DNA of 64,000 nt from Deltaproteobacteria bacterium. Lineage in GTDB: Bacteria > Myxococcota_A > Polyangia > Polyangiales > Houyiibacteriaceae. The stretch lies in assembly GCA_034670305.1 (NCBI GenBank), contig JAXMNT010000010.1, positions 1 through 64,000 of the forward strand, in the 5' to 3' direction. The notes beneath the pieces were generated by a model. That model was not told where the DNA came from, did not search any database, and saw only the letters and a list, made by a program, of their open reading frames with translations. The translations under genes and the position numbers were made by a program. The first letter of the stretch is position 1, and every line of letters starts with the position of its first letter. Below, piece by piece: positions 57,834 to 64,000 of the stretch.

Positions 57834-60800
57834 CTAAACACCGAGGGAGTTCGAGATGCCGTACTCGGCCTGAAGCTGAATCAGGTACTCCAAGAAGGAC
57901 TCCTGCTGCATCAGGTCGCGGAGCTCGTCGTCCGTCGGGGTGCCGTCGCGAATCGCATCGCGGCGTTCGATGAGGTGCTTCAAGAGCTGGAAGCCGAGCT
58001 GCTCCTCTTCGAGGTTGTAGGCGAGGCGCGGGCGCACCTTCACGGCCACGTACGGCGTGTGGAGGCGGTCCGAGTTGTACACGACGTAGGTCGCGTCCTC
58101 GGGGGTGTCGCAGCCGTTGGCCACGTCCGGGTCGACCACGTTGTGGCCGGCGCGGAGCGCTTCGCCGAGACCACACGCCGGGTCGCCGTTCGGCTGCACG
58201 TCCGGGATGGTGTGACCCGTACCGTCTCCCTTGCGGAAGATGATGAGTCGCTGCTCGAAGCTCGAGTCGTAGAAGACCGGGAACTGGGCGAGCGCGAGAA
58301 TGGTCGCCCAGGACCGGAGGACCACGTTGGAGGATCCGCCGAGGGCGGGCTCCGGGTAGACCTCTTCCTGCGGACCGAGACACGGCACTGCCGAGCTGCC
58401 CTGACGACACTCGCCGAGGGCGAGGCCGCGGTACCACGACATGTTGTTCACGACCGGCTCGCCGGCTTCCATGGTCACGCGCGGGGCGTACCAGGTCGGC
58501 TCGTCGATCGCGATGCCGCCGAAGAACTCCGTCATCGGGATGCCGAAGAGGTCGTAGTAGTTGATGAAGTAGCGCTCATCGAGCGTGAAGGAGAGGTTCC
58601 AGTCACGAATCGCGAGGGCGTAGAGAGCGTAGAACTTGTCCCAGAACACGCCGCTTCGTTCCGCGCGGAAGAAGCCCTGGTGTCCGTCCTGGTACTGGGT
58701 CCAGGTGCCGTAGCCCTGACCTGCACCGAGCGTGAAGTCGCTTCCGGGCATGTCCGCATCGCTGCCCATGTGCTCGTAGACCGTGCCGGCCTCGTTGAGG
58801 GCGTAGGAGCCTTCGTCCGGCAGGTTCGCGAGCTCGATGAGCCAGTTCATGCCGTCGACCGACGCCGCGAACTGGTCGTCGAAGCCGAGCGGACCACTGT
58901 TCGGGCCTGCGTTCGAGCCGAAGCCGGGCTCGAAGAAGAGGCGGAAGAACAGATGCTGGTACATCTTCGCGGTGTCGATGACGCTGCCGAAGGAGGCGGC
59001 CATCGACGGGCCACGGGCGAGGAACCGGCGGTGGTAGCTGGCTGCGTAGCGCTCGTACCAGTTGCGGCGGAAGTGATCGACCGCCTCCTGGAAGGACTCA
59101 CCCGCGTCGAAGCGGCTGCACCACGAGATGTCGACCGCACGCTCGTCCGGGCCGAACATGTAGCTGACGGGGTAGAAGTCGCGGACGCCGTCGGGGTCGC
59201 CGTCGGGGCCGGTGATGTCGTTGTTGTACGCGACACCATCGAAGTAGTCCTTGAAGTCTTCGTCGTAGTTCGAGCAGATGCAGTTGCGGTCGGTGCCGCA
59301 CGGCTCGGGGAGACGGGTGTAACGCGGGTGACGCACGCACCGCTGGGTGATCTCCTGGCCGGGCACGTTGACGCGGTTGGAGGGACAGTCCGTGTCCACG
59401 ATGCAGCTCTCACCACCAGAGTAGTGCGACTGCCAGACGCGGGGCGTCTCGTGGGTGCGGTGGATCGGCGCGAAGATCGGGTCGATCGCGGGGTTGTCCC
59501 GCGGCTCGCCGACGTACGCCTCGACCTGGTCGAAGTAGTTCCACACGGTGGCCGCGATGTCGTAGCGACCAAGGCCGCTGACGTCGGAGAGGTCGCCGTT
59601 GTAGTCCATGATCGAGCCGGTCATGTAGTTGTGCATGCCGAGGCGCGCGCGCTCGTTGCGCACCCGGCGGAGCTCGGCGTAGTAGGCGTCGAGCTCTTCG
59701 GCACCGACGAAGTCGTCGCCGTTCTCGTCGAAGTCTTCCATGCGCGGGAGCTCGAGGCGGTCGCCTTCGCGGAGGGCCAGGTTGAAGTAGCCGTCGCCGT
59801 AGTTGTTCCGGTCGAAGCTGCCACCGAAGTTGTGGCGCAGACCGACGCTGTGGCCGATCTCGTGGTGCTGCACGGACTTCATCTGCATCTGCTGCAAACG
59901 AATGCTCGCTTCACCGAGGGGGCGGTCACGGAACGCTTCGGCCCAGTACTCCCAGTAGCGCGAGCGAAGGAAGCTGCGCGGGTCCGTGAGTTCGGCGAAG
60001 TCGTAACCAACCAGGCCAGCCTGGTGGTTGATCGACTGGTCGCGCATCCGGTTCTGAATGGCGGTGTTGCCGCGGAAGGGCGAGGTCTGGTCGAGCATCG
60101 CTTCGCTCATCGGGTCTTCGAGACCCGTGAACGCCGTGGTCTGCTGCGACGTGCTGCCGAGGCTGTTGACGAGGGACTCGCCACCGAGGGCGCCCATGAG
60201 CTGACGCTCGATGCTGGTGCCCTCGAGGTTGCGCATGCGGTCCGAGTAGATCTGGGCGCGGCCTTCCGTGCCGTGGAGCCGTTCGATCTTCGGAAGCGCG
60301 CGGTGGACGGTCTCCATGAACGCTTCGGCGCGGGCCGAACCCACCGCGAACTCGATCGCCGGGCGGCCGGGATCGTCGGTGCCGATGCCGATGCCACCCG
60401 AGGGGGCGATGCGGATCGGAAGCTCGGTGTTGCCGAGGTTCGAGTAGTACTCGCGCATCGAGTCGCCAGCGACCCAGCGGTCGGCTGCGCCCTCTTCACC
60501 AGCGGCGCATCCGGCGTCGCCGAGGCAGCGAAGCACCGGCAGCCACTCGTTGGCGACCATCGTGATGTTCTCGGCCACGACGCCGCCGAAGTTGGCGTCG
60601 GCCGTGATGAGCTCACCCGAGATGGGGTCGGAGCGAAGCTCCGAGACGCCACCGAAGAGGGTGCTGACTTCGTCGATGTAGTTGAAGAACTGGTAGCGGA
60701 TGTCGCCCTGCTGTTCCCAGCGGACGGGGTCCCCGTTGGCATCGACGACTTCGTCGCAATGCTGGCCTTCTTCGGTGCGGTTCAAGTCGCAGGCGTTGCT

Positions 60801-62630
60801 CTTGAGAATGAACATGCACTCTTCGCCCTGGAACTCCCACTGGTAGGCACCCGGGATCGGGTACTCGTCGTAGCTCGTGGGCCGGGCGGGCTCTTCGAAG
60901 CCGCCGACGTTCACGACCTGACAGTCGTACGGTTCGACCACACCCATCGCGGCCCACTCGTCGGGGCTGATGAAGGGGTCGAACTCGGCGCGGCAGTTGC
61001 CACTCGGGAGGACGTCCGGCGAACCTGCGAAGCAGTGCGCCGTCGGGTTGTCCGTCTGGGGCGACATGGTCACGGCGGTGTAGTCCGGCACGGTGAGGCC
61101 GCGCGCCGCGCGCCAGCCGCGCATGAACACTTCGTTCCAGTTGCCCATCGTCTCGAACGCGGTCTTGACGAGGTGCTTCGGGAAGGCGTCGTTCAGGTGG
61201 TAGGCCACCGGGCGCAGCTCACGGCTCGCGAGCGGGATCGTGCAGCGACGGGCCGAGCGGTCACAGCTCGAGCCGACTTCGCCGCCAGTGCCGTAGATGC
61301 CCGAGCACTGCCAGTCCGCGATGCAGGTCTGCTCCGTGAGGGACTCACGGAAGAAGTTGTGCTTCGGGCGGTAGAAGGTGAGCAGGTCGGTCTCGCCGTA
61401 GTCGGAGGTCAGGCCGCCGGAGCAGCTGTTGACTTCCATGTTGCAGGAGCGACCGCGCTGCATGTCGTAGCAGCGCATGCCGCCATCGGCGCAGTCCGCG
61501 CCGGCCGGGCACTCACAGAGCGAACCGAATCCACACTCGTCCGAGGTGGTGCAGGAGCTGGCTTCGACCAGGTCGCCACAGTGGGCGTCCGAGCCGCAGA
61601 ACAGGCCCTGCTCTTCGACCGGCTGTCCACCGCGCACGTAGGTGCGCTGGTAGGTGCGGAAGAGACCGAAGCGGTCGAACTCCGGGTGGTTCTGAACCGC
61701 CGCGGCGTAGGTGTGGTTCGGCGGCACGCGAAGGAACGCGGTCCGGACCGGCACAGCCAGGGTCTGACAGGGTCCGCCACCGATGAAGAGGCAGCTCTCG
61801 CCGGGCGAGAACATCGTCAGGGTCGTGAAGGACATGTAGTGAACGGCGTCGGCCATGTCGGCCGGCCACTCGTCGGCGAAGCGGTAGTCCGGGTCTTCCT
61901 GAACGCGGACGAACTGCGGTGCGAAGCTGTTCGGGAACTCGGATCCGAGGGCGCCGGGCTCCGCGATGAACGCGGCCGACTCGTGACGCCAGGAGCTGTT
62001 GAGGTCCTGGATGTAGTCGGTGATGAAAGCGAAGGACTGCGAGTGGTTCATGGACCAGTCGACGCGGATGAAGTCGCGCTCGTACCAGCGACGGTCCGTG
62101 GTGTTCTCCACGATGACGTTGGTGCGTTCACCGGTCAGCGCGCTGTACTCGTGGCGCACATCGACGTGCTCCTCGATGGCGAAGGCGGCGAGCGGCTGCC
62201 CGCGGAAGCCTTCGTCGCGGCCGTCGTCGTTGCCACCGTCGATCAGCTCGTAGCTGCGGTAGGCGTACAGGAAGTCCTCGTCGATGACCCACCGGATGCG
62301 TCCGATGGCGGCCGACTGGCCACTGTCGAGCGCAAGGTCCGTGAAGGCCGAGCCGCCGGGGAACATGTAGATGCTTGCGGCCGCACCGATGGAGACGGCA
62401 TCGCCGTCTGCATCGACCACGGACTGGAGCGTCCACCACTCACCTTCGAAGATGCCCTTGTCGACGAGGTTCTCCTGAACCCGGTTGACGGGGTCAGCCT
62501 CGATGTTGCAGCCGACCGTCGCGACCATCGAGATGGCGAGCAGGAGGCTGGAGAAGAAACGTTGCATGTTCGGTCTCGGAGCGGGGGTGGAGGAAGCGTA
62601 CGTAAGTGTGGTTTCGGTGTTCATCGTCAT
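57834..62630 (-). CDS. Giant lipoprotein with a zinc-dependent metalloprotease (EcxA-like) motif
   Basis: Lipobox TVGC; HEIGHSVGLRHNF...SIMDY (HExxHxxGxxH plus Met-turn); GAGGA SD before ATG 62630. Confidence 0.85.
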   Translation of the reverse strand: MTMNTETTLTYASSTPAPRPNMQRFFSSLLLAISMVATVGCNIEADPVNRVQENLVDKGIFEGEWWTLQSVVDADGDAVSIGAAASIYMFPGGSAFTDLALDSGQSAAIGRIRWVIDEDFLYAYRSYELIDGGNDDGRDEGFRGQPLAAFAIEEHVDVRHEYSALTGERTNVIVENTTDRRWYERDFIRVDWSMNHSQSFAFITDYIQDLNSSWRHESAAFIAEPGALGSEFPNSFAPQFVRVQEDPDYRFADEWPADMADAVHYMSFTTLTMFSPGESCLFIGGGPCQTLAVPVRTAFLRVPPNHTYAAAVQNHPEFDRFGLFRTYQRTYVRGGQPVEEQGLFCGSDAHCGDLVEASSCTTSDECGFGSLCECPAGADCADGGMRCYDMQRGRSCNMEVNSCSGGLTSDYGETDLLTFYRPKHNFFRESLTEQTCIADWQCSGIYGTGGEVGSSCDRSARRCTIPLASRELRPVAYHLNDAFPKHLVKTAFETMGNWNEVFMRGWRAARGLTVPDYTAVTMSPQTDNPTAHCFAGSPDVLPSGNCRAEFDPFISPDEWAAMGVVEPYDCQVVNVGGFEEPARPTSYDEYPIPGAYQWEFQGEECMFILKSNACDLNRTEEGQHCDEVVDANGDPVRWEQQGDIRYQFFNYIDEVSTLFGGVSELRSDPISGELITADANFGGVVAENITMVANEWLPVLRCLGDAGCAAGEEGAADRWVAGDSMREYYSNLGNTELPIRIAPSGGIGIGTDDPGRPAIEFAVGSARAEAFMETVHRALPKIERLHGTEGRAQIYSDRMRNLEGTSIERQLMGALGGESLVNSLGSTSQQTTAFTGLEDPMSEAMLDQTSPFRGNTAIQNRMRDQSINHQAGLVGYDFAELTDPRSFLRSRYWEYWAEAFRDRPLGEASIRLQQMQMKSVQHHEIGHSVGLRHNFGGSFDRNNYGDGYFNLALREGDRLELPRMEDFDENGDDFVGAEELDAYYAELRRVRNERARLGMHNYMTGSIMDYNGDLSDVSGLGRYDIAATVWNYFDQVEAYVGEPRDNPAIDPIFAPIHRTHETPRVWQSHYSGGESCIVDTDCPSNRVNVPGQEITQRCVRHPRYTRLPEPCGTDRNCICSNYDEDFKDYFDGVAYNNDITGPDGDPDGVRDFYPVSYMFGPDERAVDISWCSRFDAGESFQEAVDHFRRNWYERYAASYHRRFLARGPSMAASFGSVIDTAKMYQHLFFRLFFEPGFGSNAGPNSGPLGFDDQFAASVDGMNWLIELANLPDEGSYALNEAGTVYEHMGSDADMPGSDFTLGAGQGYGTWTQYQDGHQGFFRAERSGVFWDKFYALYALAIRDWNLSFTLDERYFINYYDLFGIPMTEFFGGIAIDEPTWYAPRVTMEAGEPVVNNMSWYRGLALGECRQGSSAVPCLGPQEEVYPEPALGGSSNVVLRSWATILALAQFPVFYDSSFEQRLIIFRKGDGTGHTIPDVQPNGDPACGLGEALRAGHNVVDPDVANGCDTPEDATYVVYNSDRLHTPYVAVKVRPRLAYNLEEEQLGFQLLKHLIERRDAIRDGTPTDDELRDLMQQESFLEYLIQLQAEYGISNSLGV

Positions 62631-62634
62631 TTCC

Positions 62635-64000
62635 TCAGAATCGGAGGTAGCTACGAACACCGAACTGGTTCACCAGCTGGATGGTCTGGAAGAAGGAGGA
62701 CTCTTGGTCGCGGAGGTAGTCGTCCAGGCGGTCGACTTCGTCGTCGGCGAAGGTCAGGTCGTCGGGCAGCGTGTACCCGATCTCCGTGATTCGGGCCTGC
62801 TGCTCGGCGCTGAGGTTGTCGATGTCGAGCGGGTCGCCACCGAAGTCGCCGCGGAATGCGCGGACGGCCTCGAGAAGGAACTGCGTCTCATCGGCGCGCC
62901 GCACCATCTCGAATCCGAGCGAGCGCTGGTTCGGGACATCCGGACCGGGCTCGACGCGCCATGCGATGAAGGTCTTGCCGTAGCGCTCGCTGAAGAACCG
63001 AACGTAGTCCGCGTCTTCGACGGGCGTGCCGGGCGTGTACTCGACGTCGTCGTCGCTCGGCTCGAAGCAGGTGCCGTTGCCTTCGATGCAGACGAAGAGC
63101 TGACTCTGGAACGTCGTGTCGAAGAAGACCGGGAAGTCCGAGAGCGCGTACACCGATGCAAGGAACTGCAGGGTGACGTTGGCGCCCGCGTCGACGACCG
63201 GAAGGTCACCGAAGGTCTCTTCCGGCGAGGGACGACAGTCCGGCGAGCCTTCGCCGTCCGAGCAGTCGCCTCGGTAGAAGTCCATGTAGACGAGCTCGGG
63301 GTCGGTGCAGCGGGGTGCGACACCGCCGTTGCAGACGACGCGCGGCGCGATGGTCTCGGGTTCGCCGAGGATCATGCCTTCGAAGAGCTGGCCCATCTCG
63401 ACCGGGAAGAGGTCGTAGAAGTTGGTCCAGAAGGGGATGTCCCGCGTGTACTGCGAGGTGTAGCCACGCTGGGTGAGCATCTGCATCGTGAACCACTTCT
63501 CGTAGAAGGTTCCGATGAGCTCGATGCGCTGGATGCCCGTGAGACCGGCCTGGTACTCGGAGGACTCGTAGCGGGCCATGCCGAGCGGCAGGGCGAGCTG
63601 GGCACCGGGGCTGTCCGCGTCGTTGTTGTACTGACGGTAGCGGTCCCAGCCGCGGTCGTAGCGGTACGCACCGATGCCGGGCTGCGCCATGACCTTCGCG
63701 AAGAAGTTCAGGATGTCGGCGGTGGCCAGGAACTGGTCCTGGAAGCCGAACGGCCCCGTCGTGTTCCGGAACTCGGGATCCTCTTGGTAGTTGTAGAGGA
63801 GGTTCTGGAAGATCGACATCAGGATGTTGAACTGACGACCGATGAGGCGGTTGAAGAGGTAGCCGCCGAGGCTGAACGTCCGGCGGTAGCGGCGGAAGTT
63901 CGTGAAGAGGTACTGGCGGTCGTACTGTTCCGAGATGTTGGCGACGATCTCGCGGTAGCTGTCGCCCTCATCGAAGCGGTGACAGTCGGCGCGGGTGCCG
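62635..64000 (-). CDS. Paralogue of the downstream metalloprotease-like protein (5' partial, extends beyond the window)
   Basis: The frame stays open to the window end. CHRFDEGDSY, GPFGFQDQF, NFYDLFP and FPVFFDTTF align with CSRFDAGESF, GPLGFDDQF, NYYDLFG and FPVFYDSSF. Confidence 0.85.
   Translation of the reverse strand, partial: GTRADCHRFDEGDSYREIVANISEQYDRQYLFTNFRRYRRTFSLGGYLFNRLIGRQFNILMSIFQNLLYNYQEDPEFRNTTGPFGFQDQFLATADILNFFAKVMAQPGIGAYRYDRGWDRYRQYNNDADSPGAQLALPLGMARYESSEYQAGLTGIQRIELIGTFYEKWFTMQMLTQRGYTSQYTRDIPFWTNFYDLFPVEMGQLFEGMILGEPETIAPRVVCNGGVAPRCTDPELVYMDFYRGDCSDGEGSPDCRPSPEETFGDLPVVDAGANVTLQFLASVYALSDFPVFFDTTFQSQLFVCIEGNGTCFEPSDDDVEYTPGTPVEDADYVRFFSERYGKTFIAWRVEPGPDVPNQRSLGFEMVRRADETQFLLEAVRAFRGDFGGDPLDIDNLSAEQQARITEIGYTLPDDLTFADDEVDRLDDYLRDQESSFFQTIQLVNQFGVRSYLRF

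Noticed and set aside
57306-62789. 1827-aa + strand ORF
   Set aside because: Antisense shadow of the real minus-strand gene, caused by high-GC codon bias; it begins in a microsatellite and has no recognisable motifs.

Overview
High-GC DNA with a myxobacterial (Polyangia/Sandaracinaceae-like) gene content; the taxon is inferred from gene families only. From left to right: the 3' end of an IS5-type transposase; a Glt/Nfs-type envelope cluster (beta-barrel, TPR proteins, GltF-like, GltG-like) interrupted by a GST and a DUF3494 ice-binding lipoprotein; signalling genes (SixA, PP2C, cNMP/HEAT transporter, Ser/Thr kinase-RDD, LytS/LytTR, PilZ); two c-type cytochromes; housekeeping genes (maeB, pssA, ygiQ, a GT-C glycosyltransferase, a GlcD-like oxidase, pdhABC); Cys-rich and VWA lipoproteins; a GNAT-nitrilase plus two SET genes; and two tandem giant zinc-metalloprotease-like paralogues. 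The most unusual feature is a module present twice (~15.7-16.6 kb and ~56.7-57.7 kb): hexamer microsatellite, four-helix-bundle gene, structurally conserved 27-28 bp stem-loop, GAAGGAGAGG, hexamer microsatellite. The stem-loop shows compensatory changes and contains -35/-10-like boxes, resembling an Frpo/ssi-like single-strand promoter. A separate dispersed (GGGCAA/GGGCAC)n-AGGTCGC repeat family resembles the IS end. No rRNA, tRNA or CRISPR array was seen. All calls come from reading the sequence by eye, not from database searches, and several start codons are estimates.
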